In this document: in pieces, positions 9,431-17,993 of the stretch | Position numbering within the stretch: the stretch's first letter is position 1 | Layout of the letters: every line of letters starts with the position of its first letter | Assembly: GCA_965238075.1 (NCBI GenBank) | Contig: OZ250173.1 | Span: 480,001-544,000, forward strand | DNA from: Candidatus Entotheonellaceae bacterium | GTDB taxonomy: Bacteria; Tectomicrobia; Entotheonellia; Entotheonellales; Entotheonellaceae | Direction of reading: 5' to 3' | DNA length: 64,000 nt | Notes under the pieces: model-generated | The model's database searches: none | Seen by the model: the letters and a program-made list of their open reading frames with translations, nothing else | Told to the model about the DNA's origin: nothing | Made by a program: the position numbers and the translations under genes

Positions 9431-10486
9431 TCATGCGCGCGTCAATTCCCCAAAGCGCGTGAAGAGAAAGTGGTCGTGGTAATAATGAACCAACAGAAAG
9501 GACAGAACAACAATGTAATAACTCTGCTCGAACGGCAGGTGCGAGAGAGTGACAATCACACCGATGAGCATCAATGCTCCCAGCGTCAAGGCGACGTTAA
9601 CGCCGTAAAACGCCCCGAAACGTCCTTTGGCGGCGATGGCCTGCAAGGGGCCCGGTCCGATCTCGCCGCGTTGCTGCCGCAGGGTGGTGATGTACCAGGT
9701 CAGGGCAAGATACTGGAAGGAATGCCAGGTGTTGAAGCCCTGGAAGGCGATTTCCAATCGGTCGCCGCTGTAACTCGTGATAAGTAGGGACAAACCGATG
9801 GTCACCGCCATCAGCAGGATCTTGGGATAATGCACCCGCCCCTGCCGGACTTCGATCACCGTCTTCACCACGAAAGCCGCAAGCGCCAAGACGAAGAACG
9901 CCGACACGGCATAGAACACCAGCGGTGTTTTGAGCACGTCGGGGTATAGCAACAGCGTGCTGCCGATGGTGAACTCGTCGTGAATGAAGCGGTAGGACGC
10001 CAGCGGGTACAGACTGCTGAAGACGACGGCATAGTCAATGAACCTCGACCATTTCTGCAACCCGACCGCTTGTCTGCGGTCGTAGCATTCCAGGATATAG
10101 GCGATCTGGTGCAGCACGTGCACCGAGGCCCAAAAGAAGAACAGGGTGATCAGCAACTGGAAATGCCACAGCGCGCAGGCCACCACCAGCACGGGAATGA
10201 CCAGGGACGTGCCGATCAGCCAAGGATGGCGTTGTCGGAAGGATTCGTCGAGAGCCGTGCGGAAGAACGTCGCATACATGTGCGGGCCGCCGATAATGCC
10301 CGCGATAAACAGGTTCACGAAGGTGGCCGAGGTGCCGATGAATTCATACAGAATCAGCGGGATGACAACCAGCACGCCGCTGCCGGTGAGATAGGCGAGG
10401 TCCCAGCCCTTGCTGTGCAGCCAAAGCCCCTGGTTCCGGGAAGCCGCAGATGCCGCGCCTCCCATCGCCGCACTTGGGATGCTCAT
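9431..10486 (-). CDS. Polytopic membrane protein with multiple His motifs (putative metalloenzyme)
   Basis: Many hydrophobic segments; GPHMYAT, HVLHQ, WHSFQY, VHYYHDH. Confidence 0.65.
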   Translation of the reverse strand: MSIPSAAMGGAASAASRNQGLWLHSKGWDLAYLTGSGVLVVIPLILYEFIGTSATFVNLFIAGIIGGPHMYATFFRTALDESFRQRHPWLIGTSLVIPVLVVACALWHFQLLITLFFFWASVHVLHQIAYILECYDRRQAVGLQKWSRFIDYAVVFSSLYPLASYRFIHDEFTIGSTLLLYPDVLKTPLVFYAVSAFFVLALAAFVVKTVIEVRQGRVHYPKILLMAVTIGLSLLITSYSGDRLEIAFQGFNTWHSFQYLALTWYITTLRQQRGEIGPGPLQAIAAKGRFGAFYGVNVALTLGALMLIGVIVTLSHLPFEQSYYIVVLSFLLVHYYHDHFLFTRFGELTRA

Positions 10487-10727
10487 GCCGGGCAGACTCC
10501 TTTACCAGCTGGTGCCTTCACTATCCAACGCAATCCGTCACGACGACTGGAAACGCCAGCCCAAGGTGGACCTAATACCTTATGGAAGAAGCAGTTTGGC
10601 AAATTCACCTGTAAATCACAAGCCTCTGTAGCCTCTGCTAGAATTTTCTGGGGATGCAATTGGAAATACTGTATAGTCTGCGAGTTTAAACGCTTCCGAT
10701 TCCTACCCTTGCAGGGGAGTTCCCTTC

Positions 10728-12767
10728 ATGAGTTTGCTTTCCATTGAGCCCCCGGCCGGTCAAATCCAGCACGACACCGAGACTCGAACGGGGGATATTC
10801 GAGGCTTGCACGTCGTGCTACTGAAGCCTTCCAAGTATGACGACGATGGCTACGTGCTGCGCCATTGGCGCGGCGTTCTGCCCAGCAACACGATGGCGTG
10901 CCTGTATGGCCTCACCGAGGATGTCAAGCGCCGCCAAGCGCTACGAAAAGACCTGGACATCAGCATAGAACTCCTGGACGAGGCCGTTCAAAAAATCAAC
11001 GTCGCCAAGATCCTGCGCCAGAGCAAGCGCAGCGGCTGGAAGACGGTCATCTGCCTTGCCGGGGTGCAGACCAACCAGTACCCCCGTGCGATCGATCTGG
11101 CGCGCGAATTCCGCGCCGCCGGCCTGACGGTTATCATCGGCGGCTTTCACGTCAGCGGCACCCTGGCCCTGTTCCACAATCCAACGCCCGACATCCAGGA
11201 AATCCTGGACCTCGGCGTCACCGTCGTCAGCGGCGAAGTAGAAGACCATTGGGAAAACCTGCTGCGTGACGCCCTGCTCGATGAATTAAAACCACTATAT
11301 AACTACTTGGAGCCCACCCCCGACCTGGACACCCCGCCGATTCCTATGATCCACAAGAAATACCTGAACCGCTTCGCCTACAAGCAATTCGGCACCATCG
11401 ACTGCGGCCGCGGCTGCCCCTTCAGTTGCAGCTTCTGCTCGATCATCAATGTCCAGGGTCGCAAGATGCGCATGCGCAACCCGGAGTCGATTGCCCAGGC
11501 GATCAAGGAGAACTACGAGCAGTCGCAGATTTCCTTCTACTTCTTCACCGATGACAACTTCGCCCGCAACAAGAAGTGGCGCGAGATTTTCGAGGCCATC
11601 ATCCGGCTGCGGGAGACGGACGGCATTACCATCGAGTTCATCATGCAGGTGGACGTGTTGTCCTACAAAATCAAGGATTTCGTGTCCCTGGCACGGCAAG
11701 CCGGCTGCACGCAGGTGTTCATCGGTATGGAAAGCATCAACGATGACAACTTGGAAGCGGCGGACAAAGGCCAGAACGACTCCTCCGACTACTGCAACCT
11801 GATCGACGCCTGGCGCGCCGCCGAGATCTCCACCCACGTCGGGTTTATCATCGGCTTCCCGTTCGACACGTACGAGTCAATAAAGAAAGACGTCAAGCGC
11901 CTGCAGGAGGAAATTCAGGTCGACCAGGCGTCGTTCTTCATGCTCACCCCCATTCCCGGCTCGATGGATCACCTGAACGCCGTGAAAGAGGGGGTGCCCA
12001 TTGATTCGGACCTCAACCTTTACGATTCGTTCCACCCCACCATGGACCACCCGAACATGACGCGTGACGAGTGGTTCCAGGCGTACCGCGACGCTTGGCA
12101 GTCGTTTTACAGCTTCGAGAACATGAAGGCTATCCTGACACGCGCCACGCCGCGCATGTACTGGGGTGCCTTCAAAAACATCGTGTGGTACAAGAACGGC
12201 GCCATTCTGGAAGGCAACCACCCCATGATGACCGGCTTTGTCCGGCTCAAGGGCCGCACGGCACGGCGGCCAGGCATGGCCATCGACAGCCGCTTGCAAT
12301 ACTGGCGCTGGCGCGTTCCCGAGGTGCTGGGCTATCTGAAGGCCACTGTGCATTTCTTGCTGGAGTTGGAGGAGTTGTGGCTGCAGACCCGCAAGCGTAG
12401 CGAGCGCGAGCAGCGCCTGCTAGACGCTCTGGCGCAAATTCGGGGCGAGGTGCTCAGCAACGTGCGCATCGCCGACCTGCAGCGCGCCTATGCGCACGCA
12501 AAGCTGCAGGTGCCGTCGCGGCTGCGGCTCGTCCTTAGTGAATACAATATCCTGTCGATCCACCGCATCACGACCCGCGAGGAACTGCGGCAGTTCTGGC
12601 AGCACACCAAGGAGCAACTTCGCAGCGGGCGGCTCACCAGAATTCGCCTGCACACGATGGTGCGCAACGTGTGGCGTGAGTTGAAGCTGCACACCAGCTT
12701 TGCGATCAGCTTTTCTTTCAACCTGATGCCGTCGCGGCCGCCGCAAAACAGGATGGCAGTGGAATAG
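10728..12767 (+). CDS. Radical SAM protein with N-terminal B12-binding-like domain
   Basis: GCPFSCSFC (CxxxCxxC), IGGFHVS, FFTDDNF, FIGMES, FIIGFP; basic helical C-terminal extension. Confidence 0.9.
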   Translation: MSLLSIEPPAGQIQHDTETRTGDIRGLHVVLLKPSKYDDDGYVLRHWRGVLPSNTMACLYGLTEDVKRRQALRKDLDISIELLDEAVQKINVAKILRQSKRSGWKTVICLAGVQTNQYPRAIDLAREFRAAGLTVIIGGFHVSGTLALFHNPTPDIQEILDLGVTVVSGEVEDHWENLLRDALLDELKPLYNYLEPTPDLDTPPIPMIHKKYLNRFAYKQFGTIDCGRGCPFSCSFCSIINVQGRKMRMRNPESIAQAIKENYEQSQISFYFFTDDNFARNKKWREIFEAIIRLRETDGITIEFIMQVDVLSYKIKDFVSLARQAGCTQVFIGMESINDDNLEAADKGQNDSSDYCNLIDAWRAAEISTHVGFIIGFPFDTYESIKKDVKRLQEEIQVDQASFFMLTPIPGSMDHLNAVKEGVPIDSDLNLYDSFHPTMDHPNMTRDEWFQAYRDAWQSFYSFENMKAILTRATPRMYWGAFKNIVWYKNGAILEGNHPMMTGFVRLKGRTARRPGMAIDSRLQYWRWRVPEVLGYLKATVHFLLELEELWLQTRKRSEREQRLLDALAQIRGEVLSNVRIADLQRAYAHAKLQVPSRLRLVLSEYNILSIHRITTREELRQFWQHTKEQLRSGRLTRIRLHTMVRNVWRELKLHTSFAISFSFNLMPSRPPQNRMAVE

Positions 12768-12773
12768 GGACGC

Positions 12774-12804
12774 CGCCCCGCGAGCATGCTCGCGGGGCGT
12801 TTTT
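12774..12804 (+). terminator. Intrinsic terminator
   Basis: Perfect 26-bp palindrome cgccccgcgagcatgctcgcggggcg followed by TTTTT, just after the radical SAM stop. Confidence 0.7.
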
Positions 12805-12821
12805 CATGGAGGGCAAACACC

Positions 12822-13196
12822 GTGGCAAAGTTTCAACTGCATCACATTCATCATGAAGCCGCCGACGTCGACGCCGCAGTGGCGTTCTACGAAAAGAATT
12901 TTCAGGCCGAGTTGGAGGAGCGCACGGTCCGCAACGGCGAGCAGTGGGCGCGGGTGCGGCTTGGCGGCACGCTGCTCAACATCAGCGACCGCGCCACCAC
13001 GCAGGTCGGTCTGGAGCGCTATCAGGGCATCGATCACTTCGCGCTGCACACCAGCGATTTTGCCGGCACGGTGGCCGCCTTGAAGGCCAACGGCGTGCAT
13101 TTCTTCACCGAGCCCATGTCGCCCCGGCCGGGCGTCGAGATCGCCTTCATTTCCGGGCCCGACAACATCAAGATCGAGCTCATGCACCTCAGTTGA
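12822..13196 (+). CDS. VOC/glyoxalase family protein
   Basis: LHHIH, GIDHFAL, FISGPDNIKIEL; GTG start after GGAGG. Confidence 0.85.
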   Translation: MAKFQLHHIHHEAADVDAAVAFYEKNFQAELEERTVRNGEQWARVRLGGTLLNISDRATTQVGLERYQGIDHFALHTSDFAGTVAALKANGVHFFTEPMSPRPGVEIAFISGPDNIKIELMHLS

Positions 13197-13200
13197 TTTC

Positions 13201-13884
13201 ATGGGGAGCCGCGCGATGGACACCAACATCTCCCGTCAAGCCCGAGACCTGAATGCAGAAAATACCTGGCCGCGCCGTCGACTGCTGCAGGCAGGCTGCG
13301 CAAGCGTGCTGGGATTGACTTTTGGCAGCCCGTTGGCCAACGCCATGTACCATGTCGACCCCCCTGCCGAGCCCGACGCTGCTGCCATGGCTCCGACACC
13401 GGAATGCCATGACGGGGACGAACCCACCCCGCGCCAAGGCGCCGGGCCATTCTACACGCCGGATTCCCCGCAACGCGCCAACCTGATCGAGCCCGGCCTG
13501 CCGGGAACCCGCCTGGTGCTGGTCGGGAACGTGCTGCAAACCTCGTGTCAGCCTCTCGCCGGCGTCCTGCTGGATTTCTGGCAAGCCGACGACGAGGGAG
13601 GCTACGACAACCAGGGCTACACCCTGCGCGGTCATCAGTTCACCGATGCCAGCGGCCAATACCGCTTGGAAACCATCGTGCCGGGTCTATACCCCGGCCG
13701 CACCCGCCACATCCACGTGCGGGTGCAAGCCCCCAACACCCGCGCCATCACCACCCAGCTTTACTTCCCCGATGTCCCCCAGAACGAGCGCGATTTCATC
13801 TATCACCCGCTTCTGTTGGTGCAGCCCCTCGACTCGCCCCGCCAGGGGATGAAGGCGCAGTTCGATTTCGTTCTCCGCGTTTGA
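13201..13884 (+). CDS. Intradiol ring-cleavage dioxygenase-like protein with Tat signal
   Basis: PRRRLL signal; GPFY, DFWQADDEGGYD, LRGHQ, PGLYPGRTRHIH (Tyr/Tyr/His/His Fe ligands). Confidence 0.8.
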   Translation: MGSRAMDTNISRQARDLNAENTWPRRRLLQAGCASVLGLTFGSPLANAMYHVDPPAEPDAAAMAPTPECHDGDEPTPRQGAGPFYTPDSPQRANLIEPGLPGTRLVLVGNVLQTSCQPLAGVLLDFWQADDEGGYDNQGYTLRGHQFTDASGQYRLETIVPGLYPGRTRHIHVRVQAPNTRAITTQLYFPDVPQNERDFIYHPLLLVQPLDSPRQGMKAQFDFVLRV

Positions 13885-13939
13885 TTCCTGCATACAGCCG
13901 AAATTGTAGAATGGGTGACGCGAACAAGGCATTTACAAC

Positions 13940-14251
13940 ATGAACGCCCATATCGACGTGCCGCCTGACAAGATCACCGACTTCTGCAAACGCTGGCAGA
14001 TTTTGGAACTGGCACTCTTCGGTTCCGTGTTGCGGGACGATTTCGGCCCTGAAAGCGACGTGGATGTGCTGGTTCGCTTCGATCCGCAAGCGCGACACAC
14101 GCTTTTCGACTTGGCGCAAATGCAGGACGATTTAAGCGCGTTACTCGCACGGAAAGTGGACCTGATCGAACGGGTGGCGGTGGAACGAAGCCCAAATTAC
14201 ATACGCCGCAAGGCCATCCTCCGATCCGCCGAGACGATCTATGCGGCATAA
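13940..14251 (+). CDS. Minimal nucleotidyltransferase (MNT) antitoxin
   Basis: LFGSVLRDDFGPESDVDVLV (GS-x10-DxD). Confidence 0.88.
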   Translation: MNAHIDVPPDKITDFCKRWQILELALFGSVLRDDFGPESDVDVLVRFDPQARHTLFDLAQMQDDLSALLARKVDLIERVAVERSPNYIRRKAILRSAETIYAA

Positions 14252-14582
14252 TGACGCCTTTCTGCTCGATATGCTGTTGGCGGCTCGAGAGGCGAGGAAA
14301 TTCGCCGACGACCTGACATTCATGGCATTTGAGCAAAACCGCATGGCACAGCTTGCGATCCCGAAGGCAGTGGAAATCGTCGGGGAGGCTGCGTCTCGCG
14401 TCAGCCCCGAGGGTAAAGAGGTGCACCCCGAAGTCCCCTGGCCCCGAATCGTTGGTATGCGGAATCGTCTCGTACATGGATATTTCAACGTCAACCTGCA
14501 GCGCGTTTGGGAGACCGTGCAAGAGGACATCCCGCGTCTGATTTCCCAACTGGAAGCGTTGGTGCCACCTGAGGTGGAGTAG
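14241..14582 (+). CDS. HEPN (DUF86) RNase toxin
   Basis: GMRNRLVHGY (R-x4-H), EIVGEAA; overlaps the MNT gene. Confidence 0.88.
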   Translation: MRHNDAFLLDMLLAAREARKFADDLTFMAFEQNRMAQLAIPKAVEIVGEAASRVSPEGKEVHPEVPWPRIVGMRNRLVHGYFNVNLQRVWETVQEDIPRLISQLEALVPPEVE

Positions 14583-14617
14583 CACCCTGCCAGTGGGTGG
14601 TGAGTGACATCCTGATT

Positions 14618-15517
14618 TTACCTCCCACTGCCCTGCCCCGCTTCGCCCCACGATACCCAAAACAGATACAACCCCAGGTAGGCGAAGAAGAAATCCTGGT
14701 ACAACAGCAGCGCATTGCCGACCTGGAAAAGGAACAGCAAGGGAATCAGCCACCGCCGGGCGTGGCGCGAGAAAAGCGCTGCCGGGGCGCTGAGTTCCAC
14801 CGCGAGCACCACGACGGCAAGCACCCTGCACACGCCCGGACGCGCGATCAGCCAATCCGCCAGCAGGTGGCTCCAGGCCGCCGCCCCTTCCGAACGGAAT
14901 ACGTACTGGTTCTCCAGAAAATAATTCCGCAGTGTGTCGGATAAAACCCACTCAAGCCCCGCTTGCCGCAGTTTCGCCAATCCTGCCGCCAGAAACACCG
15001 TCACGAAAACCAGCCGCACCAGTTGGACTGGCCAACGGTATTGACCACCCGTGTCCGCGGTCTTGCCTGTGATGGTCCGGCGGATGAGGGCGTCCAGCGA
15101 CAGCGCGTCGCCGCACGGCGCCAGGGCCAGGATGCCCATGACGATGGGCACGATGGCGTGCGCCCAGTGCAGGTAGCCGTAATTGAACTGGAGCCCGAGG
15201 ACGTACAGGCCGAGCACGAAGGCCGTGAGCGTCGCCAGCCGGGTCATCAGGCCCAGGGCTGCGAGGATTACGCTGATCTCGAACGCCGTAACCAGCCATC
15301 CCATGACCCCCCAGCTCGGCACTGGCAGGGACAGCCAGGCGAAGAAGCTGCGCGGCTGGTAAAAACCGGGCGGGAACAGGGCGTACCACCGCAGGTCGGT
15401 GCGGGCGAGAAATAGGACGTAGAAGGACGCAAAGAAGCCGGCGCGGCATAGTCCCAGCGGCCACGGCGCGGCGGGCGCGAACCAGAAGATGTTCCAGATC
15501 GCGGCAAGGAGGCTCAT
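14618..15517 (-). CDS. HTTM-like (vitamin K-dependent carboxylase-like) membrane protein
   Basis: PCGDALSLDA, WPVQLVRL, FLAAGLAKL, VELSAP; multiple TM segments; start likely MSLLAA. Confidence 0.6.
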   Translation of the reverse strand: MSLLAAIWNIFWFAPAAPWPLGLCRAGFFASFYVLFLARTDLRWYALFPPGFYQPRSFFAWLSLPVPSWGVMGWLVTAFEISVILAALGLMTRLATLTAFVLGLYVLGLQFNYGYLHWAHAIVPIVMGILALAPCGDALSLDALIRRTITGKTADTGGQYRWPVQLVRLVFVTVFLAAGLAKLRQAGLEWVLSDTLRNYFLENQYVFRSEGAAAWSHLLADWLIARPGVCRVLAVVVLAVELSAPAALFSRHARRWLIPLLFLFQVGNALLLYQDFFFAYLGLYLFWVSWGEAGQGSGR

Positions 15518-16041
15518 CGCATGGTTGCAGGCAGGGAAACGGATTGCAGGAGGGTGCGAGAATCGGGTTTGTCGAAATTGGCGGCGCCCGGCAGGGCCGT
15601 CCAACGCACCCGGTAGACCTCGATGCGGTCTAACGGCGGGCCGTTATGTTCGCCCAGCCGGCGTTGCGTTTCGTAGGCGTCCAACAACCCGGTCAGAGCG
15701 CGGCGGGCCGGCGTCGGGTCCACCTCGCCCAGTACGTCCAGTGAATACAGGGACCGCAACAGCTCACTGTAAGCGAATGGCACGATGTACCCTTCGTCAT
15801 CCAGCCGTACCGCGTTCCCGTCAGGGGTGCGGCCTACCAGTTCCAACCAGTCGACTTCGGGGGTCGGCTTGCTGTCGGCGTACATGCGGTAATCCAGGAA
15901 GGGCCACGCCTCGCCGCCCACAAGGGCGACCAGCACCGACGGCAGCCCGAAGGCCAGCATGGCAACGTAGGCCGCCAGCCGTTGGCGCCGGGGCATAGGA
16001 CGGCCGTCGTACTTCACCGCGTATCGCCCCACTGATCCCAA
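15514..16041 (-). CDS. Membrane-anchored hypothetical protein, partner of the HTTM-like gene
   Basis: One TM segment then EAWPFLDYRMYA; ATGA overlap with the HTTM-like gene; start uncertain. Confidence 0.55.
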   Translation of the reverse strand: MGSVGRYAVKYDGRPMPRRQRLAAYVAMLAFGLPSVLVALVGGEAWPFLDYRMYADSKPTPEVDWLELVGRTPDGNAVRLDDEGYIVPFAYSELLRSLYSLDVLGEVDPTPARRALTGLLDAYETQRRLGEHNGPPLDRIEVYRVRWTALPGAANFDKPDSRTLLQSVSLPATMR

Positions 16042-16658
16042 TACGTCCGCTGCCGTGCCGGGATGCGTCGGGCGGGCTTGAAATCGTCGCCGGTGTAATA
16101 GGCCACCGGCAACAGCACGGCCTGCACGATGTTATCGGGAACACCCAGCAGGGCTGCCACCTCTTGCTCGTAGCGCAGGTGCAGTGTCGTCCACGCCGAG
16201 CCCAGCCCGCGGGCGCGCAGCGCCAGCATGAGCGACCACACGGCCGGCAGAATGCTGGCAAAGACGCCCGGCCCAGCCCCCGCCGGCGCCGGGCCGGAGG
16301 ACTCGACACACGCCACGACCAGCACCGGCGCGTTGTGCATCTGTTCGGCGAGATAGGTGGCCGAGCTGATGAGGCCGGGGTCCGTCTGGCTCGCCTCGGC
16401 CTGACGTTCCGGGGTGTAGACCTCCAGATACGCGCGTTTGTAGATGGCGGACAGCTCGGCCCGCTTTGCCTCGTTGGTGATCACCACGAAGTGATACCGT
16501 TGAATGTTGCCGCCGGTCGGCGCCTGAATGGCAATCTCGAGGCATTCCTGGAGGATTTCCGGCGGCACCGGACGGCTGAAGTCGAGCCGCTTGCGCACCG
16601 TGCGCGTGGTGGTGAGCAGTTTGTCTACCGTGGCGAGGTCCATACCTGGCAACTCCAT
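16014..16658 (-). CDS. Nitroreductase family protein
   Basis: TTRTVRKRLD, QAPTGGN, LRARGLGSAWT. Confidence 0.88.
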   Translation of the reverse strand: MELPGMDLATVDKLLTTTRTVRKRLDFSRPVPPEILQECLEIAIQAPTGGNIQRYHFVVITNEAKRAELSAIYKRAYLEVYTPERQAEASQTDPGLISSATYLAEQMHNAPVLVVACVESSGPAPAGAGPGVFASILPAVWSLMLALRARGLGSAWTTLHLRYEQEVAALLGVPDNIVQAVLLPVAYYTGDDFKPARRIPARQRTYWDQWGDTR

Positions 16659-16720
16659 TTTCTGTGTTGTGCTGTTGAACCCGAGTCAAGCTGGAAAAAC
16701 TTGGCCCAAGCTTGGAACCG

Positions 16721-16747
16721 TGGATTCCGGGTCAAGCCCGGAATGAC
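16721..16747. repeat. REP/RPE-like palindrome
   Basis: tggattccgggtcaagcccggaatgac; arms ATTCCGGG/CCCGGAAT; resembles a widespread repeat. Confidence 0.65.
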
Positions 16748-16768
16748 GGGTCTGGGGATTCAGGCGGG

Positions 16769-17833
16769 TCACCGCACGTCATCCGGCCTCACGGGCCGCT
16801 CCGTGCGGGCCGCCTCATAGATGGCGAGCGCGATCTGCAGGATGGTTTTCGAGGTTGGCGCGTCGAGGCGCGGCTGGCGACCGGCAAGCAGGCTGTCGAT
16901 GAAGTCCGCCGCGGCGCCGTCGAAACTCAGCCGCCAATCCATCGGCACCTGATAGCTCTGCGTTTCGGCGCCCTTGAACACCATGACGGGCGGCAGATCG
17001 TACATCTCCCCCGAGCAGCGCGTCACCCACATGACGCCGTGCGAGCCGTGAATCTCGAAAAACTCGTCCACCGGCACGTACTTGCCCCGCATCACCAAGT
17101 TCGGCGACGCCGCGTAGTCCAGCACCCCCAGGCAGTTGCGGCCCTTAAACGACCAGATGGCGGCGCTGGGCGCCTCCATCATGAAGGCATCGCTGCGGTT
17201 CACCATGCTCATGATGCGCTCGATCTCGCCGATCCAGTACAGCGCGACGGCGTATTTGTGCACGCCGTCGTCGTACAGCAGGCCGCCGGGGTTCAGCGCC
17301 GCGTCCCGGCGCCACACCACCGCCTCCGGGTCACGTTCGATAGCCGGCTCGGCGATGTCCTCGACCCGTGTGGTATGCAGGCGCACCAGGGACGGCTCGC
17401 CGATGACGCCCGCGTCCAGGAGTTCCTTAGCCTTCACAATCGGCGGGTAGTAGAGGAAATTCTCGGTAATGCGGAAAGTCGTGCCGGCCTGCGCCGCGGC
17501 GGCGATGATGCGGTCCGCCTCGGACACGGTGGCGCACATGGGCTTCTGGCACGAAACGTGTTTACCGGCCTGCAGCGCGGCGAGGATCTGATCGACGTGC
17601 AGGAAGGTCGGGGTCAGCAATTCAACCGCATCGACGGCCGGATCGTTAAGCACCTGCTCGTAGTCGGTGTAAATCGCCGGCGTGATACCCCACTGCCGGG
17701 CGCGGTGCTCGGCCTTGCCGCGAACGGTGTCGCACAGGGCCACAACCTCGCACTTGGGATGCTGCAGGTAACCCGGCGCGTTGAGCTGCGAGATGTTGCC
17801 GCACCCGACGATTGCCAAGCGGACTTTATCCAT
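16769..17833 (-). CDS. Gfo/Idh/MocA oxidoreductase
   Basis: IVGCGNI Rossmann, HVSCQKP, GGLLYDDGVH. Confidence 0.88.
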   Translation of the reverse strand: MDKVRLAIVGCGNISQLNAPGYLQHPKCEVVALCDTVRGKAEHRARQWGITPAIYTDYEQVLNDPAVDAVELLTPTFLHVDQILAALQAGKHVSCQKPMCATVSEADRIIAAAAQAGTTFRITENFLYYPPIVKAKELLDAGVIGEPSLVRLHTTRVEDIAEPAIERDPEAVVWRRDAALNPGGLLYDDGVHKYAVALYWIGEIERIMSMVNRSDAFMMEAPSAAIWSFKGRNCLGVLDYAASPNLVMRGKYVPVDEFFEIHGSHGVMWVTRCSGEMYDLPPVMVFKGAETQSYQVPMDWRLSFDGAAADFIDSLLAGRQPRLDAPTSKTILQIALAIYEAARTERPVRPDDVR

Positions 17834-17943
17834 GTTGATGGGCTCCCGGATGGATTCGGATGGCCTGCGAACGAGGCGCCCATACTACCCGTGAAGCCCT
17901 GACTGCGCAATGCTGTGTCGGGCGGGGCTTAACGAAAGGAAGC

Positions 17944-17973
17944 GTCGGATTATGCGGCGCTAATCCGACCTAC
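17944..17973. repeat. GTAG-type REP element, copy 1
   Basis: gtcggattatgcggcgctaatccgacctac (reverse strand GTAG+GTCGG...CCGAC hairpin). Confidence 0.75.
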
Positions 17974-17993
17974 ATGTGTGCGCCCCTACCGAA

